A DNA stretch of 64,000 bases from assembly GCA_013265495.1 (NCBI GenBank), contig MU058252.1, positions 2,080,244 to 2,144,243 on the forward strand, in the 5' to 3' direction. This document shows, piece by piece, positions 24,988 to 36,975 of this stretch; the first letter of the stretch is position 1, and every line of letters begins with the position of its first letter. Origin of the DNA: Vicugna vicugna (lineage: Eukaryota). Made by a program: the position numbers and the translations under genes. The notes under the pieces were generated by a model that saw nothing but the letters and a program-made list of their open reading frames with translations, did not search any database and was not told the DNA's origin.

Positions 24988-25276
24988 CTTTTTTGGTATA
25001 TATATTTTTATCGCAGTACAGTCAGTTTACAGTGCTGTGTCAGTTTCTGGTGTGCAGCATAGTGCTTCATTCACTCATAAACATACATACATTCACTTTT
25101 AAGTCACTACAAGATACTGAATGTAGTTCCCTGTGCCCTACAGTATGAACTTGTTGTTTATCTATTTTATATATATTAGTATCTGCAAATCTCAAACTCC
25201 CGATTTATCTCTTCCCACACCCTTCCCCCTGGTAACCGTAAGTTTGTTCTCTGTCTGGGAGTCTGTTTCTGCTTTT
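24988..25276 (-). mobile_element. L1 3'UTR tail fragment
   Basis: gtacagtcagtttacagtgctgtgtcagtttctggtgtgcagc...ttgttgtttatctattttatat...ggtaaccgtaagtttgtt, homologous to the 3' end of the L1 at 35420-36328. Confidence 0.9.
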
Positions 25277-27049
25277 AGTTGTGTGTACTGTTATTGGCAA
25301 AATGAGTTCTAAATAATGCAGTCATCCAGTGCTGGTCTTCAAGTTCAAGAGTGCTAGAGAGGGAGGGTGGGTGGGGAAGCCAGGATGGCTCAGGAAGGAG
25401 AGGGTTCTTGTATCTTTCTAGCACAACACCCTCCTTGTGCGAAGGTGGAGCCGTTCACCTGTGCCGCTGGTGTGTGAGTGCAGGCAGGGTCCTCGCTGGC
25501 CATGTGCGTTTCTCTGCCCAGTCTGTCTCTAACCTTGGTCCATGGTCCTTGCCATCAGGTCAAGGTCCTAAGACACAGAAGAGAGAAATAACACCTGGAG
25601 GAGGGGACTGAGCCTGGCATCTTCAACACCATGTAGACGCCTGTGTAGACAGCCCCACCGAAACAAAAATATGCAGTTCTATATTTAGCATTAATTTAAT
25701 TGTAGAAGACGGTGGTTCTGAATTTGAAATGACATGATCATAGAAATGATAAAGATTTTTTTTTTAATTCTGAGGATTGAGTCTACCTTGTTGATTGATA
25801 TTTAGCTAGCATTCATCCTGTAATCTTCTATATCATTGAGAAAAACCAAATTGTTTGAAAGGTAGATATTTGATAATCCTGAATGTTTTAGTTCTTCTTG
25901 CTTTTGAAGAGAATGAATTTGAGGATGATATATTGTGATAAGAATGACTTAATTTCAGGTGAAGATATGCCTTATGACTTCCAGTTAAATCTTGAACACC
26001 CACAGAGTTAAACTGCAGTGAAGCTCATAAAAATCCCTGACAAAAATTGATGGGACCTTGGCGTGCTAATGATGTGCTTCGGGAATCTGAGAGGAACCGG
26101 CAGTCCATTATTAATTAGGGCCCCCCAAAACGTCTGTGCTTTTAGCCCTGAAATTCTGAATTTCACAGGGAATAGGCAGATGCAGAACAGCGGGAAGGTG
26201 TTACACATTTCACTTATATTTTTAGTAGATTTGAATAAAATAATTGAAAATTAACCCCTAAAATACCAGACCAAAATTGAAGGCTGAATAAGCATCCTTA
26301 ATTACTGAAAGATAGTCTTTTGCAGCATTTGGCTAATTCTCAGTCACCCAGCGGACTGGGAGGAGAATGCAGTTATCGCTGCCTCTAATTCAGATACTCC
26401 AGAGAGCTAAGTAATGAACCCCCACAGTAGTCAAAAGTAGAATTTAGGGCTTGCTCGTCACCTCCTGACACCACTGTTGCTCTTGTTTTTTGTTTTGTTT
26501 GCTTGTGTTTTTTGACCTGTGGGAAATGCGCAGCTGGGAATTGGAATGAGTTTAGATCCCCAGGAGGGGGAGAGGGAGGCTTGGTGAAGAGGAAGGAGCT
26601 GGTTTTCATGGGTTATCGCAGCCCCGCTTCTCTCTGTCGGGGTCTGTCTGTACCTTCTCAGCTCCTTCACGTGTCTGATCTAACACCGTTAGCACACGGC
26701 GTGGTCGGCTGCTAGACTGTATGCTCCGTGAGGGCGGCGCTCTGATCACTGCTCCATCCTGATTGCCTAGAGCAGGGTCTGGCTTATGGGGATTCAGTGT
26801 ATCCTTGTTGACTGAATTAATTTTACACAATTTTAGTACTTTGTAGGGACAGTTTCACCCCCTATTTCCCATCTTTTCTATTTATTAATCTTTCCCAATC
26901 ATTCACCAGGTGTCTTTCCACTTTCTTCATTTTCCCCAAATTTACTATGCTATATTTAAAAAATGTTTTTAAAAAAAATTTTTTTTTCACGTTATGGTGG
27001 TTGTGCCCTGCCGATTGATCTGTAATTCCAATGCATTTCTGATTTTGAG

Positions 27050-27390
27050 TTTTCTCATTGAGAAATGGGTGCTGTATCTCTTCCATTTTCAAAGTGCTTT
27101 TTCAATCTTTAGTAGAATTTGGTTGTTCTCTTCATGGAGGAATAAAAAATAAATACGTAGGATTAAGTGTCTAATTATTTATAATTTATCATGTAAACTT
27201 GTATCCATTTCACGTTCTAACTGAATGTATCTGGTAAGACCACACTGACTTCTGTACATGTATTTTGTTATCCGCCGTCTCCTGGACCTTGACTTGTAGG
27301 TTTCCAGTTGGTCCACTTGAATGTTCTGGCTGGACATTTATGATTTGTACTTCTTCTTTTGCAAAATTCATACTTCTGTCTTTTTATATT
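27050..27390 (-). mobile_element. Ancient L1M ORF2-region fragment
   Basis: AT-rich with degenerate L1 ORF2 antisense motifs (tatctcttccatttt...ctgacttctgtacatgtattttgttatcc). Confidence 0.45.
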
Positions 27391-30324
27391 AACTCCTTCT
27401 TTAGTAGTATTCATGGCATGTGACTAGAAATACCAGTTGGAAGTATTCATCTAAGTGTATGAGCAATTACACATCAGTGCAAATGTGAACACAGTGAAAA
27501 CATGTGAATAATGTTACCAGTTCACAAAATAACATTTCAGGTAACAAAAGCACCTCAGAGACCTCCGCATGTCTGGTAAGTAAAATATATGTAAATTGAA
27601 ATGAGACTGCTGTTTTGGCCTATGGGCTTGAGAAGATCATCCTTTTAAATCCACACCAGTGTTCTTTTCAGCCAAGGAATAGAGTCTCACCACTGCTTGG
27701 GGAAGTAAAAATGGGCATTAACACACTTGAAATGAATTTGGCACTATATGTTAAAAAAAAATCGGGGGGTGTGTGTTCCTTTTAGAAGTGTGTCTTGAAA
27801 GAATAATGAGAGAAAAACACAAAAATATTTGTAAAGAGATGTTCATTATAATAGGGAAAAACCCAAACAGTATAATATCCAAACCCGCTCAGCCCCCCTC
27901 CAGAGACGGCCCCCCTTTGTACAGGCAGCCTAGTCAGTTGAGAAAAGTGTTCATTTCTGTTTTCAAAACACTTTGCATTAATTTGTACAAATTTCATCAG
28001 GAAAAGGTCTGTTCACTGTGGTTGTATTTAGACACTGAGGTTGGGAGTGGTTTACACTTTTTGTTTTCCTACGTGCTTCTCAGTTTTGTCTCATTTTCTG
28101 TGAGGATGATGTGAGTTGTAAAGGTGTTCCTTCCGGGAACCTGCAGCCCACATCTCAGAGGCAGAGCAGGGAGAAAAGAAAAATACTGACAGTTGGTGGC
28201 TCAGGGCTGGTCCTCCGCACGCTAGCTGGACTCAAGTAGCAGCCAAGTCTCCCTTCATCAGATTGTCTTTCGTGGCAGGAAGAAGAAATGCTAAATTCTT
28301 TAAGGCTTAATTTCATTAAATCAACTTCACAGGCACTAAATCTGAAAACCACGGAGCTGTGTTACAATGTTAAAGCCCAAGAGTGTGGTTCGGCGGGGGT
28401 GTTTCCCTTCTGCAGTGTGGCTCCGTGAGCCTCTTGGCAGCGTTACGGGAGCTCTGTTCTGCAGCTGCTGACGAACGGCCTGTCCAGAACCAGGACTGGG
28501 TAGCCTTTTCGCCCAGCGTGGTGGTCTGCGGGCTTTCCTGCGCCAGTGACTTGTAAGGGCAACGGAGAGAGAGCTGAGTGAGGTGGACCCCCAGCTGGGC
28601 GATTCTGCAAGCTGCCTGCCCCCAGGCCCGCGTCCTGCCCTTGCCCGCCGCCTCCCGGCTCAACGTCCCTGCGGTCACGTGTCCCTTGCAGCCACGGCAT
28701 CTCACAGCCAGCGTGGCCCGGGTGGTGAGTCGTCGCTGCCTGCACGCGTGTGCACCTGGCCAGGGGCGTTCAGGCTTCGTGCCTTTGTGTCCTGTGGGTT
28801 GTCGCAGCTACCTGCCTTGGGTTCGGTTCACATCAGAAGTTCCTTCCTGCCACTCCCTGAAAACCTTCAGCTGGCACTCGGTCACTCCCTGAAAACCTTC
28901 GCCACAGGCGCTGAGAAGAAAGTCGAGCTCGCAGTATGGAGAACCCTTTCGCGCAACACCGCATCATTAATGCTCGGGGGCTGTGGGAGACGCCGGACTG
29001 TCTAAAACCGCCGGTGATGATGAGGCGTTGTGTCACCGTGCAGCCTGCACGGTGTTCCAGTTACTGTGCTAACAAGAAATGATGTAGCGTCTCACAGACA
29101 CTGGTGTCTGAGTCAGTCCAACACGGAGCATATTTTGTGATGCCCCCCTTACAAGCCTGAAATAGAATTTATAGACATAAAGCTACCTACATACATAATT
29201 TTCAAAAATCAGTAGAATCACCCATCTCCAAGGTGACAGACCAATAAAAGAATATTAACAGGTATTCTCTAAGAGAATGATTTTGCACAGCCGTCCCCGA
29301 GTACGTGATGGAGGAGCTGGGTGTCTGTATCTACCTGGGATGGACAACTCTGGATCTGAGGGAAATGAGATAATCAGGAGCTATTCTTTGCAAGAAGCAC
29401 TTGAAAATAAGATGCCCGGGTACAGGTGAACACTGGAGTGAAAAGTGATGCCACAGCACACAGAACAAGTGAGAGTTATTCGTACTGAGGAGACAAAGAA
29501 GAGAATAACCTTAACTGAGGTGGGGACAATGCATCTTAGAAAATTACAAACCGCTGACGTGGGAATAACGAGGATGTGTTTTCACAGAAGAGCTGGGACT
29601 TACACGCGTAACGTCAGCATAATTGCCTTTGCTGTGACGTGGAGGGGACAGTGACAACCATCACTGAAAATATATTTACTGGTAAGAAACTCCTCTAAAA
29701 GTCCAGGTGTGCATTCAGTGGTCTGGCACTTAACAAGGCTGGGAGACGATACACAGAATTCTTCAGAGGTCAACCGGGAAAAATTATGATACAGGCGCCT
29801 GCAGGGAATGTGTGTGCAAATCTCTGGGGATGTTATCTGAGGAGGGAGAAAATGACAGCTCATCCCAAAGCAAATACATATTTTCGCTGGGTGGTTTTCA
29901 TAAAATAAGTTTATATCCTTGTGCTGTATAATCTTAAGATGTGTAAGTTGGCAATAAAATGAAATATTTTCAAAAATCACATTTGTTAATTCAGTGAGAT
30001 TCCTGCCTTCCATGTGACTTCATCGATGTCATTGTATTTGATTTCAAGTCTCCCAGAAAGAGTGCCAGCTCTCCTCTATTCCATCATTACAACTGGATCC
30101 ATATGCTTTTATATAGCATTTGAAATTACACTCTTCTCCTAAATATGACATTGAAGATTTTACAATACATAGAGTAGAGGTATGGATGAATAAGTTATCC
30201 CATTGCTCCAGACAGTATCTTTAATCCATTTAAGCATCACTCGCCACTAATATTCTCTCAAATGTTTGTACTTTTATGTAACTTCTTGTAAAACATCTCC
30301 ATATTAACTGTGCACTCATTTCAG

Positions 30325-30677
30325 TGTATTCAGGCTGCTATAGCCAGAGTGCCACAGGCTGGGTGTATTTAAGCAACAGAAATTTATTTCTCACAGTCTG
30401 GAAGCCGGGAAGCACGAGATAAGACCACAGGAGGTTAGGCGTCTGGTGAGGACCGCTTCCTGGCTCATAGAAGCCTGCTTAGCACTGTGTCCTCGCATGG
30501 GGGGAAGGGAAGGGGACGCTCTCTGGAGTCTCCTTTGTAAGGGCACGAATCCCACCCATGAGGGCTCCACCCTCCTGATCTGACCACCTCTCAGAGGCTC
30601 TACTTCCAAATACCACCACCCTGGGGGTTGGGTTTCAACATGTGAATTTGGTGGGGACACAAACATTCGGTCCACAG
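30325..30677 (-). mobile_element. MaLR LTR (MLT1A-like)
   Basis: aagcaacagaaatttatttctcacagtctggaagc...aagggcacgaatcccacccatgagggctccaccctc...gaatttggtggggacacaaacattc, a classic MLT1A pattern. Confidence 0.9.
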
Positions 30678-32144
30678 TGGTACTAAGGTATTGGCAGGAT
30701 ACTACCCACCATAGATTTTATCAACTGGGGCATTTGCATTTGAAGTTCATAAGGGATGTGGGACAACTTTGTTTTGTAGGAATGACCTGTGTATGGAAGA
30801 ATAGTTAGCATAATTCTCCCCTGTTTATTCAAAGCCAGTAGCATCCCTAATCAAAAACACTCACAGGTTTTCAGAACACTCCAGCTGAGGGGAGGTTATG
30901 GCTCCCTGCAGCCACTAACTCGGGGAGCACAGAGCAGGAGGTGGGAACCCAGGACTCTGCTCCCCAGTCCACATGTGCTACCACCTGGGGTACTGCTGGG
31001 TGTTACTTGAGCGTATTTCAATGGGGGAGGAGATGGTGACCCAGGTTGGACCTTTTGATTATTTAAGTAGTGAAGCTTAGTAGATTGGAAACCAAAACAA
31101 ACCTTGAACCCAGGACCTCCCTCGCTATAAATTAGGACCTGCAGCTTTGTCAGAGACTCAAGTCGGTCCCAAATGGCGTGCTGCTCTTCCTGGGAAATCT
31201 GGATAAAATGTGAAGGGACACACCGCACAGCCTTCTCGCTGCACCTGGGGACTGTCCCTCGGGATCAGCAGGTGGAAGTGGCTTCTCATTATTTTGAAAC
31301 TTCAGCATTTTAATCAGACCCGGACTGCACAGCCGAGTTTCTGTGATTTGTTTTGGATGGAAACACAGTCAAGTGCCTGCTAATCCCAACAGGCAGAATG
31401 GAGGACTGGTCCCAGGCATAGCCAATGTTTCCTTAGAACAAGGACTCATGGAAACACACACACACAATGGACACAATGCATGAGGGTCTCCTGTAACCTG
31501 CCCGAAAGAATGTGAGTCAAATACAAACAGGTGGGAAACAGACACAGAGGGAAGGTTCTAGAAGTCTCACTTTTAGCCTTATCAGAACTAACACAAAAAT
31601 GATTCATTGCCAAAGTCAAACCAAGAGCACTGTGTTAAAGCTCTTTTTTAAAATGGAAATAAATTTGAAAAACTAACATTATTAGGAAAAACTTATAATA
31701 CAAATATACATGGTTAAATTTATCTAATTTAGCTACTGTTAGATTTAGGCATGCTTCATTTGCTTTACAGAGAAAGCAAGCATTATTCAGTAAGTGATGT
31801 TGGAACAGTTAGCTTTCTGGAAGAAAATCAATTTAAAAGCTGTGTAGCAAACACATATAGTATTAACTTCCAGATATATTAGGAAAAAAAGTCATGCAAA
31901 ATTATAATGAAAATAGTGGATGGGAAATGTATCCAAGGCTTGAGAGGAAAGAAAAATATCTCAAAGAACACTGAAAGCTTTGACTTTATGTATTTTTTTA
32001 ATTCATGAGAATGGAAGATGAAGTGTGAAAACTACTTAGAGAAAATACAACGAATTTCACCAAACTAATAACTAAAGAAATGAAATTTTAATTGATACCA
32101 GTTTAACAAATATTTTTGAAATTATATCCGTCATTTGGCAGCAC

Positions 32145-32320
32145 TGTGCGCACATATATAATATATATATTGAGTACACATATACACTGAGTATACATAT
32201 ATATGTGTGTGTGTCATATATACATATGGCAAAATCTTAAATGAGAGTATATTAAATGAACAAAAGACCGACATAGTGTATATTGTGATATATGTAGTGT
32301 ATATATATTTCACATACATG
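32145..32320. repeat. (TA/CA/TG)n low-complexity microsatellite region
   Basis: Visible degenerate dinucleotide runs. Confidence 0.8.
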
Positions 32321-34111
32321 TGACAAAATTGTGAATAATCTCCTCCACGTCCATTTTCATTCTTCTTAAGGCATCAGACGCACATGGTAACGTCGGCACC
32401 TCAGTCGGTGAGTGGCGGTCTCCTCCAGAGAATTCTAGCATGAGCAAGATAGGTGGGAATATTCTGCAAAGCCCTTGGGGATCACTGCGTTCTTCAGGAT
32501 GCCTGTGAAGGCTTTCTCCTCTGCATGTACCTATTCATGGTGACGAGAACATGACAAGAGCTCAGAAATACTTGTAATTATCTATGTATTTCTCAACTTT
32601 ACTTGATGTATTCGCAGTATTGGTGCTTAATCTAATCTTACTCGAGATCTTACTTTAGCTTGATACTTTGGACCCGGTTTTCACATTTTCTTTCCTTGTG
32701 CTTTCCTCAAAGCGAAGAGCAGCGGTGGCCATCTAGTTACAATGTGTCCATTTATCATGGCTTTTGGAAGACGACCTTCCTCATTGTCACACTGGGAAAC
32801 CGTTCTGGGCTGGCAGCGGGGTGTTCTGCCGCACTCTGTTGCGTTTCTCACTTCCTCCGAAGCTGAGACCTGTGATCTAAATCCGTGTTCTCACACTAGC
32901 GGGACAGTGAAATGTGGTGCTGTTAGGTTTTTTCTTCATAAACATCCTGGAGACCCTCAGGAAACCTCAGGGCAACCAACGTTTATGCTCACCGTTGGCT
33001 GTTTCTGTGGTGAGATATCGCAGCAGGGGACTTCCCTCAGGCTTTCCCAGAGCTTTCTACTCTTGGGGAGAAAAGACATCCATGAATCAGTGGGAGAAAC
33101 ATTCAACAGAATGTCCAGTCAGTGAGCAGGAGAGGATGGAAAACATGTTCTGTTGTGTAAATTTTTATAAAAGGCAGGTCCATGAACAGAAAAATGTGTA
33201 GTAAATTCAGAGAACCCTGGAGTCAGCTTCTGTCCTCGGGCTGGCCATGAAGGTTATCCAACTTTTTTTCCCAAGACTTTTTTTTTCTTACTTTCTAAGG
33301 TTTTCACATATCTAGCATGTTGCTTTATTTAAAAAAAAAAATCTGGTAGGGAGGAAGGGCAGATATTGATCTCATCTCTAAAACAGAGGGAGAAATGCGT
33401 GGAAAATTTCAGCGACTTGCCTAAGGTCAAACAGATTTGAGGCAGCAACACCAAGATGTTGAGTTACTCACTGAGCTGGAGTTCCAGAAGCTTCCGTCTG
33501 CAGCAGGCGACTTGGTGGCCCCAGAGTCCAGGGTCGGAATTGGGGAGTCCTGAGTCCAAATGCACTTCTGCTCAAACCCAGCCCAGCAGCACCTCACCTG
33601 TGGCCAGTGGGGTGGTGGGGAGAACCCCCAGCACAGAGGCCCCAGCCAGCGTTCAGGGAGGTCAAAGTTACAATGGAAACTCCAGGCCCACGTTCAGGGT
33701 CCCCTGTGCCTCCTGCTGGACAATTAATTCTTCATGGAATGAGTCACCTTGGGCTTCATTTAGGGGTTCCATTGTCGAAATGCCAACATGGTACCGACGC
33801 TCTGATACAGTTAATGTTTCCACAGAAGAATTCTGTCAAATTTGACAGATGCTGAGAAAGAAAAGGCAGACAAACAAAAATATTGACTTCTGGCCGATCT
33901 GTGAAATCAGCTCCTACACTGGCCTAAAGCGTGACCCCTGGTTAGGCCTCTTTCAGCACAAGTGACCACCTTCCTTCACTCAATTATTGATGCTTTGAAA
34001 CACACTACAATTTTCTCTCTGTGATGGTGCTGCCTGTAATTCCCTGCCTGCTCAGAAAATGCATAGGGAAAGGAAATTTTAATTCTTATTTCTGAAGATG
34101 AAATTAGATTC

Positions 34112-34416
34112 TTTTTTAAGTTTAGTCAGTTTACATGCTGTGTTAATTTCTGGTGTACAGCATAATGTTTCAGTTGTACATATATATTCCTTTCCATACT
34201 CTTTTTCATTACAGGCTATTTCTAGGTACTGAACACAATGGGACCTTGTTGTTTATCTGGTTTTGTGAAGATTTTCCTTGTTGCCCCAATTGTACAACAT
34301 CTTCTGCTGAAGTTCAGTAGGTGTCCTGCGAGGATGTCCACGTGTATTCTTGATGTGGTTGTGGGAGAGGCTGAACTTTGCATCCTTCTGTTCTGCCATC
34401 TTGAAGCCCCTCCCCC
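34112..34416 (-). mobile_element. Bipartite mini-L1: 5'UTR start (34416-34257) fused to 3'UTR end and poly(A) (34256-34112)
   Basis: Minus strand begins GGGGGAGGGGCTTCAAGATGGCAG (L1 5' end with YY1 motif). It switches at ...AAAACCAG|ATAAACAACAAGG into the 3'UTR seen in other L1 copies here and ends in A6. Degenerate TSD TGAAATTAGATT / TGAAATCAGGTT (10/12). Confidence 0.8.
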
Positions 34417-34504
34417 TGAAATCAGGTTTCAAAGTTTGAAAACTGCCAATCATTGAGTAAGAAGCCCCACCATTTTTATTCTGTATAACTGGAAAGAAGT
34501 ATTT

Positions 34505-35240
34505 CAGTGGGTTGGGAAATCCTACTGGCTGTACGTTCAAAATGCGTCCAGAATGGGACCCCTTCTCATCACCACAGCTGCCGTCGTCCAGCTCTGGGCC
34601 AGCACCGCTCACCCCATCACTGCAGCACCTTGTCACTGGCCTGCTTCTCTCTCTGTCCCTCCAACACACTCAGCACAGCAGGCAGAGCAGTCCTGGAAAG
34701 ACGTAAGTTGGATCCTATCACTGCTTGGCTCCAAATCCTACAAGGACAAGGGACAGGGTCTCAGTAAAGCCAATCCCAACCACAGCGCCTGAGCCCTCCT
34801 GGCCACCTCGGCCTTCATCTCTCCTCACTGGCTTGTCCGTTCCAGATACATTGGCCTGTGATGCTCCTCCCCCGCCCAGGGCCTCGTCCTGGGGTATCTG
34901 TCCCCTGGTTCCTGCCACAGGCAAACTCTTCATTGAGAAGTCTGCATGCCTTCCTCCCCAGCAAGTTCAAGTCTTTGCTCAGATGTTAGCTTCCCGAGGA
35001 AGCCTCCCTTCTCCTCTCGACTGAAAACGCCCTCCGCTCCCTCCCATCCTGGTCGCTTTTACCTGGCCCTGTGTGTTCTGGTTCCCAGGGTACCATAGTT
35101 CAGCACGTCTGGTGCGGGGATCACACCCCACGGTGTGATAGCTCCAAAGCTGGTGTGCGTCTTCACCATTTCCAGTGTCAGGCAAAGGCGGTGACGCTGT
35201 GGCCATTTCTTACCCACGTACAGCAAAACTTAGAGCACAG
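34505..35240 (+). mobile_element. L2 LINE 3' region
   Basis: aaatcctactggctgtacgttcaaaatgcgtccagaat...cagcacagcaggcagagcagtcc...gtaagttggatcctatcactgc matches the recalled L2a consensus pattern. Confidence 0.8.
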
Positions 35241-35419
35241 GTGTCACAGGCTTTTAAGAAAGTCCCGTCAAGGGCAGTGAGACACTAAAAATGGCCCAGA
35301 GGATGGTATGGTTCAGGGGAAAACGGTATCAACTTGATTTGCATTGAAAAGTGATTCAGAACAGTAAATCCTGAATGTGAAGACGTTTTAGAAATGTGTT
35401 AACCAATTTAGTTCATTTT

Positions 35420-36328
35420 GTTTTTACTGAAGTATATTTGATTTACAATGTTGTGCTAATTTCAGGTGTACAGCACAGTGATTCAGTTATAACATATGTA
35501 TATTCTTTTTCTAATTCTTTTCCACTATAAGTTATTATAAGGTAATGAACGTAGTTCCCTGTCCTATACAGTAGGTCCTTGTTGTTTATCTATTTTATAT
35601 GTAGTAGTGTGTGTCTGTTATACCCTACTCCTAATTTATCCCTCCCCCTCCCTTCCCCTTTGGTAACCATAAATTTGTTTTCTATGTCTCTGAGTCTATT
35701 TCTGTTTTGTAAATAAGTTCATTTGTATCATATTTTTTAGATTCCACATATACGGTATCATACGATATTTGGCTTTCTCTGTCTGACTTACTTAACTTAG
35801 TATGATCATCTCGAGGTCCATCCACGTTGCTGTAGATGGCAAGATTCCATTCTTTTTTATGGCTGAGTAGTATTCCATTGTATAAATATATCACATCTTC
35901 TTTATCCCATCATCTGTTGATGGACATTTAGGTTGCTTCTATGTCTTGGCTATTGTAAATAGTGCCGCTGTCCACATAAGGGTGCATGCATCTTTTCAAA
36001 TTAGAGTTTTAATCTTTTCCAGATATATGCCTAGGAGAGGGACTTCTGGATCATATGGTAACTCTATTTTTAGTCTTTTAAAGGACCCTCCATACTGTTC
36101 TCCATAGTGGCTGCATTCCCACTAACAGTGCAGGAGGGTTCCCTTTTCTCTACACCATCTCCAACATGTATTATTTGTAGACTTTTTGATGATGGCCATT
36201 TTGACCAGTGTGAGGTGATACCTTATTCTTGTTTTGATTTACATTTCTCTAATAATTAGCAATGTTGAGCATCTTTCCATGTGCCTGTTGGCCATCTGTA
36301 TGTCTTCTTTGGAAAAACGTCTGTTAGG
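35420..36328 (-). mobile_element. 5'-truncated L1 (ORF2 end + complete 3'UTR)
   Basis: Continuous homology to the L1 3' end, poly(T) on the plus strand, approximate TSD TTAGTTCATTTT / TTATTTCATTCT. Confidence 0.95.
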
Positions 36329-36611
36329 TTATTTCATTCTTAATTATTGGCAAGAATGATATATGATAAATAATAATACCTAAATAAATCGACAGTATTT
36401 TAATGAAGACAAATGAAAATTAGTGTTTCAGATTTTACATCTCAAAATGGTGTTTCTCAGTGGTATATAAAGTAATGGTCTGTCTTATAATCGATGACAT
36501 TTTTGACTTGATAAAATATAGTATATTTTATTATATTATATTCTTGTTTATAATCTATCACCTTTATTCATTTTTAGGTTTTAGTTTGGGAGTCTCTTGT
36601 ATCATTACGTA

Positions 36612-36975
36612 TTTTTTCATTGAGAAGTAGACATATAACATTGTATTAGTTTTGGATGGGCAACATAATGATTCATTGTAGACATTGCAAAATGATCACC
36701 ACAGTAAGTTTAGTCACTATCCATCACCGCACATAGTTACAAGTTTTTTTTTTCATGAGATGAGAATGTTTAAGACCTCCTCTCTTAGTAACTTCCCAGT
36801 ATACACTGCAGTATCATTAACTGTAGTTGCCATGGTGTGTGTCACATCCCCGGGGCTTATTTACCTCATAACTGGAAGTTTGCATCTTTTGACCCCGTCA
36901 CTCACTTTGCTCCCCGCCCCACACCCCCGCCTGCCTCTGGCGGCAACAACCTATCTGTTCTATGTATATATGAAC
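36612..36975 (-). mobile_element. Older L1 3' end (L1MA9-like)
   Basis: ttgcaaaatgatcaccacagtaagtttagtcactatccatcacc...cttatttacctcataactggaagtttgcatcttttgacc. Confidence 0.85.
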
